Shown one piece after another: positions 55,728 through 64,000 of a stretch of 64,000 nt of DNA. The notes beneath the pieces were generated by a model that was given only the letters and a program-made list of their open reading frames with translations, searched no databases and was not told where the DNA came from. The position numbers and the translations under genes are program-made. Source of the DNA: Escherichia phage D6; sequence record NC_050154.1; one strand, written 5' to 3'. Position 1 is the stretch's first letter. Every line of letters starts with the position of its first letter.

Positions 55728-55782
55728 TTTCGGTGTTAAACATGTACCAAATTACATCCTTTTGTGTGCCTAAGTGGTGTTG

Positions 55783-56589
55783 CTATGGTTCCTTTTTGGT
55801 GTTCTTTTGGAGCGCATCGATAACGCCTTGTGGCATGATTAAACTGATTGCCGGACTCATTACTGCATCATCCAGTAGAGAACCAGTTAACGTGATGGCG
55901 ACAGCGTTCTCTAAACCTTTGGTTGCCTGAGTGGTTGACGTTTTAATGCGACCTGTAAGGGCTACGACACTCTCACTTGCTGAGTTAATTTCGGAGAGTA
56001 AAGCTTCGGCGGCTGTCACTGCTTCCCGTAAAGCATCAATTTCATCCTGAGTAATGACTGGAGCCTGAGCGCCCCCAGCACCACCCTGTCCACCATTGCT
56101 ATCACCACCACCAGCACTTCCGGCAGCTTCAATTTTTGCGTTAATGGCGTTCATGGCGGTTTTCAGAGCATCAAGTTTTAGCGCCGTCAATGCGTCCGTT
56201 AGAGATTGCGGAATGGAAACATTCCCCATTCCCTCAACAAGGGCGAAAGCAGGTATGGGGGTCAGCTCGTTACCTTTTGCGTAGCATTCCCAGCCAATCT
56301 TCATCTGTAACAGCTCTGATGGCTTGGTGTATGGGGAAAGAGAATCAGCCAGTAATGAAGACGCTTTGCTGGCCTCATTGAGCTGTTCAGAAAAGCCAAG
56401 CAATTGAGTAGTCCAGGCCGAAACAGAATCAGGATAGGTTTTATCGGCGTGAACTATTCCCTGTATGGCGCTGGCGAGCGATGAGGCTTTTACAGAAGCT
56501 GCTCGGCTTATGGTTATAGATTCTGGTGTAGAGATACCGGCATCTGACAGAATTTTGAAGGCTTTAACTTCACCTATTGAATCAAGCAT
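55783..56589 (-). CDS. Hypothetical Ala/Gly-rich protein
   Basis: 268 aa from ATG at 56589 (overlaps PAAR stop, TAATG); the track's longer ORF uses an upstream alternative start. Confidence 0.35.
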   Translation of the reverse strand: MLDSIGEVKAFKILSDAGISTPESITISRAASVKASSLASAIQGIVHADKTYPDSVSAWTTQLLGFSEQLNEASKASSLLADSLSPYTKPSELLQMKIGWECYAKGNELTPIPAFALVEGMGNVSIPQSLTDALTALKLDALKTAMNAINAKIEAAGSAGGGDSNGGQGGAGGAQAPVITQDEIDALREAVTAAEALLSEINSASESVVALTGRIKTSTTQATKGLENAVAITLTGSLLDDAVMSPAISLIMPQGVIDALQKNTKKEP

Positions 56590-56873
56590 TATGCAACCTG
56601 AAAAATATCCTCGCCGTTGGCGATAACAGAACCACAAGAAAGCAGATCGCCTACACAGACAACTCCCTTTCCACCTATCGAAAACCATGCTCGCGTCGAT
56701 ACAGCTGCCCCTGGATGTGCACTGTTACCGTCAGTGTGACTGGGAAACATGGCACCATCTACAACAACTGGCTTACCGTTAACGGTGAACCAGGGAACGG
56801 TTTCAGCTACCAGTCGCGGCGGAAATCCTCCGTGACCAGAACAAAGGGTGTCGCTGGTGGCTATTGCGCTCAT
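56589..56873 (-). CDS. PAAR-domain spike-tip protein
   Basis: 94 aa; CSGHGGFPP and VCVGDLLSCGS pattern typical of PAAR; strong RBS AGGAGG. Confidence 0.7.
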   Translation of the reverse strand: MSAIATSDTLCSGHGGFPPRLVAETVPWFTVNGKPVVVDGAMFPSHTDGNSAHPGAAVSTRAWFSIGGKGVVCVGDLLSCGSVIANGEDIFQVA

Positions 56874-56957
56874 TCTTCACCTCCTGGTTATCCTTCTATT
56901 GTCATCACTTTGTTATTTCGTCATTCAAACGGAGAGTTAAATTTCGGAATATTTTTG

Positions 56958-57116
56958 TATTCTCAATTCGCTCTCAAATTTATCTCACTATCAGACCATC
57001 ATTCGGTGGGTGATTAAGATATTCTCAAAATAAACTCAACAAGCGCCCTTTTTTATCTCGTTTGGTGTGGATTTTTGGGGGCTTCTCTTTTAAAATTACA
57101 TTTTGATTCTCAAATG
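56958..57116 (+). repeat. parC-like centromere region with repeated TTCTCAA(A) motifs
   Basis: tattctcaattcg, gctctcaaattt, atattctcaaaat, tgattctcaaatg upstream of parM. Confidence 0.4.
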
Positions 57117-57139
57117 TGTCTCAGAAGTGGAGCAAGAAG

Positions 57140-58096
57140 ATGCGCATTTTTATCGATGATGGTTCAACCAATATCAAAATGCTGTGGGAGCACGACGGGG
57201 AAACTCGCACTCACATCAGCCCTAACAGCTTTAAGCGCGGATGGTCAGCAACATTTGGTGCGGGCAAGCCGTTTAACTATGTCATTGACGACGAAAAGTA
57301 TTCATACGACTTGATATCGCCAGATGTTCTGCCGACGAATAATGTGGAATGGCAATACAGCCCGCTTAACGTCCTGGCTGTTCACCATGCCCTGCTGACA
57401 AGCGGTATTGAGCCGCAGGAAGTAGAAATTGTGGTCACGCTGCCTCTGGCAGAGTTTTACGACGACGACGCGCAATACAATCTCGATAACATCGAGCGCA
57501 AGAAAGCCAGTCTTATGCGCCCCGTCACGCTGAATAAAGGCAATGTATTCACTATTAAGAAAGTTACGGTACGCCCGGAGTCTATCCCGGCGGGAATTAG
57601 CCTGTGCGACAATCTGAACCCTGCCCACTCTGTTCTTATCGTCGATTTGGGTGGAACTACCCTTGATGTTTCAATGGTCGCTGGACAAATGACGGCAGTT
57701 TCCCGTGTTTTTGGCGATTCGAATCTTGGTGTATCACTGGTCACCAGGGAAGTAAGGCAAGCACTTGCAAGGGCCAATACCGAAACGTCAAATTACAATG
57801 TTGATCAGCTCATTATTAACCGCCACGATGAAGATTATCTGAACGACAATATCAATGACCCATCAGCGATTGGTGATGTGAAAAAGGCCATTGCCGCAAG
57901 CATTGACCGTCTGCGTACCCGCGTTCTTGATGTGATTGGCGACTTTAAAGGATATACGCATGTCATGGTGATCGGTGGTGGCGCACCGCTGGTGGCAGAT
58001 GCAATTCGCGAGCAAGTTAATATTCGTGATGACCGTTTCTTCGTGGCGGATGACCCGCAACTTGCTCTTGTTCATGGCCTGAAAGCAATCGGTTAA
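57140..58096 (+). CDS. parM: Actin-like plasmid segregation ATPase ParM (StbA)
   Basis: MRIFIDDGSTNIK ... ISPNSFKRGW ... VAVHHALLTSG closely parallels plasmid R1 ParM; ATG at 57140 with GGAG RBS. Confidence 0.85.
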   Translation: MRIFIDDGSTNIKMLWEHDGETRTHISPNSFKRGWSATFGAGKPFNYVIDDEKYSYDLISPDVLPTNNVEWQYSPLNVLAVHHALLTSGIEPQEVEIVVTLPLAEFYDDDAQYNLDNIERKKASLMRPVTLNKGNVFTIKKVTVRPESIPAGISLCDNLNPAHSVLIVDLGGTTLDVSMVAGQMTAVSRVFGDSNLGVSLVTREVRQALARANTETSNYNVDQLIINRHDEDYLNDNINDPSAIGDVKKAIAASIDRLRTRVLDVIGDFKGYTHVMVIGGGAPLVADAIREQVNIRDDRFFVADDPQLALVHGLKAIG

Positions 58097-58102
58097 CGAG
58101 GT

Positions 58103-58447
58103 ATGTCCATGTCTCAGGAACGTAAGAAAGTGATGATTTATCTTCGCCCAGAGGCTTATGCCAATGAAAAGGCGGCGAGCGAGAAGATAAAAAAACATAG
58201 CGATATGGCAAGAACTGCATTGTTGGCAGGGCTTGCGCTGGGAGAAGTCGATAGCAGGCTTCCAGGATTACTGGCTTCCCTGCTGACCGAAGACAATAAC
58301 CCGGAGCTGATCCGAAAAATGCTGGCATCCTTCTTGGAACTACCAGCTGCGGTTGAGGAGCGCCCTGCCTCCATTGAGCCAGTGAAGGAGCAATTTGTTG
58401 CCAAAAGCGCGTCGGCGCGCAATCTGGCTGACTCTCTACCTGATTGA
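58103..58447 (+). CDS. parR: ParR (StbB) centromere-binding adaptor
   Basis: 114 aa; RTALLAGLAL matches R1 ParR RAALTAGLAL; directly downstream of parM. Confidence 0.7.
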   Translation: MSMSQERKKVMIYLRPEAYANEKAASEKIKKHSDMARTALLAGLALGEVDSRLPGLLASLLTEDNNPELIRKMLASFLELPAAVEERPASIEPVKEQFVAKSASARNLADSLPD

Positions 58448-58465
58448 CAGAAGATGTGCTGGTTT

Positions 58466-58490
58466 AAGGCTGCAAATTGCAGCCTTTTTT
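58466..58490 (+). terminator. Rho-independent terminator after parR
   Basis: aaggctgca-aat-tgcagcctt followed by TTTT. Confidence 0.65.
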
Positions 58491-58500
58491 ATGCCTTAAT

Positions 58501-58570
58501 GGTGTCTAATTAGTGTTAATCTGGCACCAGTTAGGTGCTGTTATGGTGCAATTTTGTATCTGGTTCCAAT
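58501..58570. repeat. GGTGC/GGTTC-type repeats at ~11-bp phasing upstream of parA (putative centromere/operator)
   Basis: ggtgtc, ggcacc, ggtgct, ggtgca, ggttcc spaced about one helical turn apart. Confidence 0.4.
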
Positions 58571-58734
58571 TTGGGGCTGCTTTCGTGTTAAATAGGATGC
58601 AATATAAGGTGTATTTGGTCTGATTGATGTTATACTTTGCCAAACATTCATGACTCCATTATAGAGCCTGTCCCGCATCAAAAAGGCTCTTATCTGGAAC
58701 CGTTTTGATACCAAAATCACACCGAGGAACGGAT

Positions 58735-59376
58735 ATGATTATATTGGTAGTCAGCCAAAAAGGTGGCTGTGGAAAATCAACCACAAGCGTAAACATCTGT
58801 GCGGAGCTTGCCCGCGAAAATAAGGATGTAGTGTTACTAGATGCAGACAAGCAAGGAACAGCTGCCCGCTGGGCAGCTGACCGTAACACGGCAGAGGTTT
58901 CTCCTGTAATTCATTGTGTCCAGAAGTTTGGTAATATTCGAGAAACACTTCTCGATCTGGATAAGCGTTATGAATTTGTAGTTGTTGATACAGCCGGGCG
59001 CGATAGCAAAGAGATGCGTACAGGCATAACCGCTGCAGATATTGTGTTGGTCCCATTCAGACCATCTCAACCAGATTTAGACACGCTGGCACACTTTGTT
59101 GAAGTGTTTGAAGAGGCTTTGGACCTGATGCCTAATCCTAGCATCAAGGCGTTCGCAGTCTTAACAATGGCCCCATCCAATCCGGTTGTGAATGAAACCA
59201 ATGAGGCCAAAGAGTACCTGGCTGAATATCCGCAACTGAAGTTGCTGAAAACCATCATTCGTGATCGTAAGGTTTACCGCGATTGCATGGCTGAAGGGAA
59301 GGGCGTTGTTGAGATGGACAACGGGAAAGCTAAAGGTGAAATCCAGATGTTGGTTAAGGAGTTATTAAGTGATTAA
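58735..59376 (+). CDS. Small ParA-family partition ATPase (type Ib)
   Basis: Walker A KGGCGKST; 213 aa from ATG at 58735 with GAGGAA RBS. Confidence 0.75.
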   Translation: MIILVVSQKGGCGKSTTSVNICAELARENKDVVLLDADKQGTAARWAADRNTAEVSPVIHCVQKFGNIRETLLDLDKRYEFVVVDTAGRDSKEMRTGITAADIVLVPFRPSQPDLDTLAHFVEVFEEALDLMPNPSIKAFAVLTMAPSNPVVNETNEAKEYLAEYPQLKLLKTIIRDRKVYRDCMAEGKGVVEMDNGKAKGEIQMLVKELLSD

Positions 59377-59656
59377 GCCTCGTAAATCGGTAAAAGCCCC
59401 CGAAGTAAAAGACCCTGATCTTGAACGCCGAATTGAGGATTTTGCCAGTAAGGCTGATTTGGTGCCGGGTGAGCAACCAGAAGACAACAAAGTGCTCGAT
59501 AAGGACGCTCCACGTGATTTTAAATCTATTCGTGTTGGTTTCAATGAATACGAGTACCAAGTACTTGATGCGTTAAGTAAAAAGCATAATCGCAGCAAAT
59601 TGAATATGATCCGCCATGCTATCCTCATGTTAGCGGAGTCTGAGGAAGCAAAATAA
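59369..59656 (+). CDS. ParG-like centromere-binding protein (ribbon-helix-helix C-terminus)
   Basis: 95 aa; GTG start with AAGGAG RBS overlapping the parA stop; C-terminal IRVGFNEYEYQVLDALSKKHNRSKLNMIRHAI is RHH-like. Confidence 0.5.
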   Translation: MIKPRKSVKAPEVKDPDLERRIEDFASKADLVPGEQPEDNKVLDKDAPRDFKSIRVGFNEYEYQVLDALSKKHNRSKLNMIRHAILMLAESEEAK

Positions 59657-59690
59657 AGTCTTTCAGGTTGGTTTTAGAACTTAAAAAGTC

Positions 59691-59760
59691 TTGAACCAAA
59701 GGTGCACCAATACACCACTAATTTGGTGCACCTTTACATCCTTTTTGGTTCCAATTGTGT
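59691..59760. repeat. Second block of GGTGCACC / TTGGTTCC repeats downstream of parG
   Basis: Palindromic GGTGCACC twice (25-bp spacing) plus ttggttccaa; includes a terminator-like hairpin. Confidence 0.4.
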
Positions 59761-59924
59761 ACCATTTGTCATTAATTTACTTATGCGCAAAAGTGGGCTT
59801 CATGAAAAAGCTCATTATTGAAATAACGATAGAAAGCAATTTCTAATCAACTAGTGGTTGTCAGCCTATTCGGCTTATAAGATCATACGCTGTTATACGT
59901 TGTTTACGCTTTGAGGAATCCACA

Positions 59925-61586
59925 ATGAGTGAGGCAGAAGCCCGCCCGACTAACTTTATTCGTCAGATCATCGATGAAGATCTGGCCAGTGGTAAGCACA
60001 CCACAGTACATACCCGTTTCCCGCCGGAACCGAATGGCTATCTGCATATTGGTCATGCGAAATCTATCTGCCTGAACTTCGGGATCGCCCAGGACTATAA
60101 AGGCCAGTGCAACCTGCGTTTCGACGACACTAACCCGGTAAAAGAAGATATCGAGTACGTCGAGTCGATTAAAAACGACGTTGAATGGTTAGGTTTTCAC
60201 TGGTCTGGCAACATCCGTTACTCCTCCGATTATTTTGACAAACTCCATGCCTATGCTGTTGAACTGATCAACAAAGGCCTGGCGTATGTTGACGAACTGA
60301 CGCCGGAACAGATCCGCGAATACCGCGGCACCCTGACGCAGCCGGGTAAAAATAGCCCGTACCGCGATCGCAGCGTTGAAGAGAACCTGGCGCTGTTCGA
60401 AAAAATGCGTGCCGGTGGTTTTGAAGAAGGTAAAGCCTGCCTGCGTGCGAAAATCGATATGGCTTCGCCGTTTATCGTGATGCGCGACCCGGTGCTGTAC
60501 CGCATTAAGTTTGCTGAACACCACCAGACTGGCAACAAGTGGTGCATCTACCCGATGTACGACTTCACCCACTGCATCAGCGATGCGCTGGAAGGTATTA
60601 CGCACTCTCTGTGTACGCTTGAGTTCCAGGACAACCGTCGTCTGTATGACTGGGTACTGGACAACATCACCATTCCTGTTCACCCGCGCCAGTACGAATT
60701 CTCGCGCCTGAATCTGGAATACACTGTGATGTCCAAGCGTAAGCTGAACCTGCTGGTGACCGACAAGCACGTTGAAGGCTGGGATGACCCGCGTATGCCG
60801 ACCATTTCCGGTCTGCGTCGTCGTGGTTACACTGCTGCTTCTATTCGTGAGTTCTGCAAACGCATCGGCGTGACCAAGCAGGACAACACCATTGAGATGG
60901 CGTCGTTGGAATCCTGCATCCGTGAAGATCTCAACGAAAATGCGCCGCGCGCAATGGCGGTTATCGATCCGGTGAAACTGGTTATCGAAAACTATCAGGG
61001 CGAAGGCGAAATGGTCACCATGCCGAACCATCCGAACAAACCGGAAATGGGGAGCCGTCAGGTGCCGTTTAGCGGTGAGATTTGGATTGATCGCGCCGAT
61101 TTCCGCGAAGAAGCTAACAAGCAGTACAAACGTCTGGTGCTGGGTAAAGAAGTGCGTCTGCGTAATGCTTATGTGATTAAGGCAGAACGCGTCGAGAAAG
61201 ATGCCGAAGGTAATATCACCACCATCTTCTGTACTTATGACGCCGATACCTTAAGCAAAGATCCGGCAGATGGTCGTAAAGTCAAAGGTGTTATTCACTG
61301 GGTGAGCGCGGCACATGCGCAGCCGGTTGAAATCCGTTTGTATGACCGTCTGTTCAGCGTGCCGAACCCAGGTGCTGCGGATGATTTCCTGTCGGTGATT
61401 AACCCGGAATCGCTGGTGATCAAACAGGGCTTTGCTGAACCGTCGCTGAAAGATGCGGTTGCGGGTAAAGCATTCCAGTTTGAGCGTGAAGGTTACTTCT
61501 GCCTCGACAGCCGCCATTCTACGGCGGAAAAACCGGTATTTAACCGCACCGTTGGGCTGCGTGATACCTGGGCGAAGTTAGGTTAA
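59925..61586 (+). CDS. glnS: Glutaminyl-tRNA synthetase
   Basis: 553 aa; HIGH motif (HIGH at residues ~40-43), VMSKR motif; near-identical along its length to E. coli GlnS as I recall it. Confidence 0.95.
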   Translation: MSEAEARPTNFIRQIIDEDLASGKHTTVHTRFPPEPNGYLHIGHAKSICLNFGIAQDYKGQCNLRFDDTNPVKEDIEYVESIKNDVEWLGFHWSGNIRYSSDYFDKLHAYAVELINKGLAYVDELTPEQIREYRGTLTQPGKNSPYRDRSVEENLALFEKMRAGGFEEGKACLRAKIDMASPFIVMRDPVLYRIKFAEHHQTGNKWCIYPMYDFTHCISDALEGITHSLCTLEFQDNRRLYDWVLDNITIPVHPRQYEFSRLNLEYTVMSKRKLNLLVTDKHVEGWDDPRMPTISGLRRRGYTAASIREFCKRIGVTKQDNTIEMASLESCIREDLNENAPRAMAVIDPVKLVIENYQGEGEMVTMPNHPNKPEMGSRQVPFSGEIWIDRADFREEANKQYKRLVLGKEVRLRNAYVIKAERVEKDAEGNITTIFCTYDADTLSKDPADGRKVKGVIHWVSAAHAQPVEIRLYDRLFSVPNPGAADDFLSVINPESLVIKQGFAEPSLKDAVAGKAFQFEREGYFCLDSRHSTAEKPVFNRTVGLRDTWAKLG

Positions 61587-61611
61587 TAGGTATTTCGCCA
61601 CATAAAAAAGT

Positions 61612-61636
61612 AAACGCCGCTACTGCGGCGTTTTTT
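61612..61636. terminator. Bidirectional rho-independent terminator between glnS and dam
   Basis: aacgccgc-tact-gcggcg followed by TTTTTT; A-run upstream. Confidence 0.7.
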
Positions 61637-62540
61637 ACTTCATTATTGCAATTATATCGTTAGCAACTACACGTGTTGACGCCTTGCAGGACACCGACCG
61701 TCTGGCTGCCATATGATGTACTTTAAACCCGTTTCCTTCATATAGTTCACGGATGTTTGGCGCACCACTATTTGTTATCACTACCTTAGCGCCGCGCTGG
61801 TGGGCTTCCACCAATAGAGATACCAGCCGTTTCTGTTCGTCGAAACGGAAGCTATTTCCTGAATAACTGGTAAACCCTTCTGTATCCGGCAGCGGTTCAT
61901 ACGGCGGATCGCAAAAAATCACATCGCCTTCACCAGCCGCCTCGATGACGCCAGCAAAGTCACCTGATACAAAGGACGTGTTTTTGAGTACGTCATCAGC
62001 CAAAAATGCCTCCATCTCTGCATGTGGGAAGTAGGGCGCTTTGTATTTGCCATACCCCACGTTGAACTCGCCATTTTGGTTGTACCGCGTTACGCCATTA
62101 AAACAGTGCCGATTAAGGTACAAAAAGGCGGCAGCATGATGTAGCTGGTCATACTTTCCTCTGTTAAATGCCTCACGCACTTCGAGGTAAGCGTCAGCGT
62201 TGTTGTAATTTTGGAAAAAACTATATGACAGCGTGACGAGCGAATGTCCTTCTCGCTGCAATGTCTGATAGAAGTTAATCAGGTCACCGTTAATATCATT
62301 AAGCAGGTTGTGGCGAAATCCTGCATTCGTAAATACGGAACCGCCACCAACGAATGGTTCTATTAACCGCTTACCGTGTGGTAGATGCTCAAGCACTGTA
62401 GGCAATTCTGAGAATTTACCACCTACCCATTTGAATATCGGACGCTCATATTCATCCGGAGTCCGAATGGTGCGCATATAGCTAATTTCAGCCATCGTAT
62501 CCTGTTTTTCTATGGCTATGCTTGCTATAGATTTACTCAT
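61635..62540 (-). CDS. dam: Dam-family N6-adenine DNA methyltransferase
   Basis: KWVGGK, FLYLNR, EFNV and DPPY motifs aligned to E. coli Dam; ATG at 62540 overlaps the upstream gene stop (ATGAGTAA). Confidence 0.8.
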   Translation of the reverse strand: MSKSIASIAIEKQDTMAEISYMRTIRTPDEYERPIFKWVGGKFSELPTVLEHLPHGKRLIEPFVGGGSVFTNAGFRHNLLNDINGDLINFYQTLQREGHSLVTLSYSFFQNYNNADAYLEVREAFNRGKYDQLHHAAAFLYLNRHCFNGVTRYNQNGEFNVGYGKYKAPYFPHAEMEAFLADDVLKNTSFVSGDFAGVIEAAGEGDVIFCDPPYEPLPDTEGFTSYSGNSFRFDEQKRLVSLLVEAHQRGAKVVITNSGAPNIRELYEGNGFKVHHMAARRSVSCKASTRVVANDIIAIMK

Positions 62541-63213
62541 AGAGCACCCCCTTATTCGCTTCGAAAACTGCCTTTGCGAATCCATGTGGAGTAGCACTTC
62601 GAAAATTAGCCCTGTCAGGCCCTGGTGGCGCGGCATGGATTCTGTTATCTGGCTTGCCTAATGATTCGTCCATTAGGGCATCAGGCATGACAAAGCCCTG
62701 GCCGCTCCAGAGGCATGTTTTTTTGGTGTAGTTATCTTCCTGACAATATGCAGTGAAGAAGTAAGGGTGAAAGATGTGATCTGGCTTACGCCAGAATGTC
62801 GATATTTTGCTGACCGGATTTTCAATCATGTACGGACAACCGATCATCTTTGCAATGTCATAACACTGCCAGACAACCTGCATTGCTTTGAACTGGAAAA
62901 CCGGATCTTTATTAGCCTTGTCCGAAAACCAGCGCGCGCCGGAAACAGCCAGGTCAGTACACGGTGGGAACCCGGCCAGAAACACGATGCGCTGCAAATT
63001 CTTACGGAGAAAAGCGTATACTTCATCGCTATCGATGATCGCACTAATACGCGTCAGAACGGCACCTGATTGCATCCGCTCGTCACTGGTCGATAAGTGC
63101 TGTGGATCGACGATAGCGGCATCGACACCGTATTCCAGCCAGGGGGCAACCATTGCCCCCGTAAAATCACAAAGACTCACAACAAGCGGTCGGTTATTAT
63201 CGTTCTGCTTCAC
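62533..63213 (-). CDS. Compact C5-cytosine-methyltransferase-like protein (start uncertain)
   Basis: [12 protein letters not shown] (PC motif IV-like) and YMIENP (ENV motif VI-like); candidate GTG start at 63213 with GGAGG RBS; too short for a full C5-MTase with target-recognition domain. Confidence 0.4.
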   Translation of the reverse strand: MKQNDNNRPLVVSLCDFTGAMVAPWLEYGVDAAIVDPQHLSTSDERMQSGAVLTRISAIIDSDEVYAFLRKNLQRIVFLAGFPPCTDLAVSGARWFSDKANKDPVFQFKAMQVVWQCYDIAKMIGCPYMIENPVSKISTFWRKPDHIFHPYFFTAYCQEDNYTKKTCLWSGQGFVMPDALMDESLGKPDNRIHAAPPGPDRANFRSATPHGFAKAVFEANKGVLYE

Positions 63214-64000
63214 CGCCAATGGCCTCCACCAGCGCGTTAAACAGTGCAGATAATTCGCCCGTAAAGAGCACGAAATCAGCATCAAATCGTTGTGCTACAT
63301 CCTCCCGGTCGATATCGTCGTTCTGGTCATAGAGATCATCACAGAATGTCAGGGCTTTGATACTCATATCATCGTTGACTCTGAACGACGCGCGGTCCAT
63401 CCAGTTAATTGCAACGGTCGTAGCTACTTTCCCCGCCTCAATGTGAGACATAATCTCGTCGGACTGTAGATCAACTTTGTTGCAGCGAACGGCACCACCA
63501 TTATCGAGCAGACCCTTTAATGTGGCGTCTTCACCTGCTGTAAATCCGGCAGGGAAGCCGTTTTTAAACCACTCGGTCATTGTAATTTCCAGCGGTTCGC
63601 GTGGTGTGAATGGAATGACAGGCAGGCTGCCGAGCGATTTTCGCAATAAAGCCAGCTGGTCCTCTGCCTTTTTGGCGCTGCTTGCCTCAACGAATACCAG
63701 ATGGTTTCTGCGGTCGATCAGGATTTTGGCGAGTGATTTTCTCGTGAAAGCACGAGGAAGAAGAGAGTGAAGCACTTCATCCTTCAGCGAATCTTTTTCG
63801 GTCTTCTTCAGCTTTCTGTCTTGCTCTTCTTCAAGTGTCAGGATTTTTTTCTGTAACTCTTCTTTGAGCACTTGAGAAGGTAGGATTTTTTCCTCTCGTT
63901 TATGCTGTATCAGAAGAAAACCCTGGTATTCATGGGTGAGGTTGTCACCAAGAACGGAGGTCCAACCAGCTTTAGCCATATCCTGAGAACCGCATGGGGT
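63197..64000 (-). CDS. rdgC: RdgC-like recombination-associated protein (5' end beyond window)
   Basis: EEKILPS ... [21 protein letters not shown] ... [20 protein letters not shown] matches E. coli RdgC over its C-terminal ~260 aa; P1 carries a homologue (hrdC) next to dmt. Confidence 0.85.
   Translation of the reverse strand, partial: TPCGSQDMAKAGWTSVLGDNLTHEYQGFLLIQHKREEKILPSQVLKEELQKKILTLEEEQDRKLKKTEKDSLKDEVLHSLLPRAFTRKSLAKILIDRRNHLVFVEASSAKKAEDQLALLRKSLGSLPVIPFTPREPLEITMTEWFKNGFPAGFTAGEDATLKGLLDNGGAVRCNKVDLQSDEIMSHIEAGKVATTVAINWMDRASFRVNDDMSIKALTFCDDLYDQNDDIDREDVAQRFDADFVLFTGELSALFNALVEAIGGEAER

Noticed and set aside
60189-61031. 280-aa minus-strand ORF
   Set aside because: Lies entirely antisense within glnS, whose identity is unambiguous.
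59925-61586. Interpretation of the window as chromosomal because of glnS
   Set aside because: glnS is flanked on both sides by phage-plasmid genes (partition genes upstream, dam/rdgC-like downstream) rather than its chromosomal neighbours; kept as a capture event to be verified.

Overview
This window reads as most of one arm of a P1-like temperate phage-plasmid from an enterobacterial host. Gene content matches P1 well, but the gene order differs from the P1 map as I recall it. All calls rest on reading the ORF translations and the DNA by eye; no searches were run. The ORF track reports TTG/GTG starts as M, so several start codons were re-derived by hand. Left to right: an immunity-repressor-position gene preceded by operator-like repeats; convergent terminase genes (pacB/pacA-like); a minus-strand tRNA island (Thr-TGT, Asn-GTT, a CAT tRNA, one atypical type-II tRNA-like gene) with a translationally coupled TerB-like (tci-like) trio; an ORF-free stretch holding five long perfect inverted repeats; the giant DarB-like methyltransferase-helicase; a c4/icd/ant-like antisense immunity module; portal and prohead protease; a DarA-like block with holin/antiholin; the Cin invertase and a ~4.3-kb invertible tail-fibre C segment; baseplate and Sit-like tape-measure genes; an iteron RepA replicon; head/sheath genes; spanins and a PAAR protein; two partition systems (ParMR and ParA/RHH); a captured host-type glnS; and Dam plus C5-like methyltransferases next to rdgC, which runs off the window end. 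The best candidates for something undescribed are: (1) an AT-rich two-gene island upstream of the portal gene encoding a secreted protein and a membrane-anchored HEPN-like (R-x4-H) protein; (2) a 12-18 bp operator-like motif at eight or more dispersed sites that flags unknown genes as repressor-controlled; (3) five tRNA-sized long-stem hairpins beside the tRNA genes; (4) a 407-aa coiled-coil protein with an HExxH motif.
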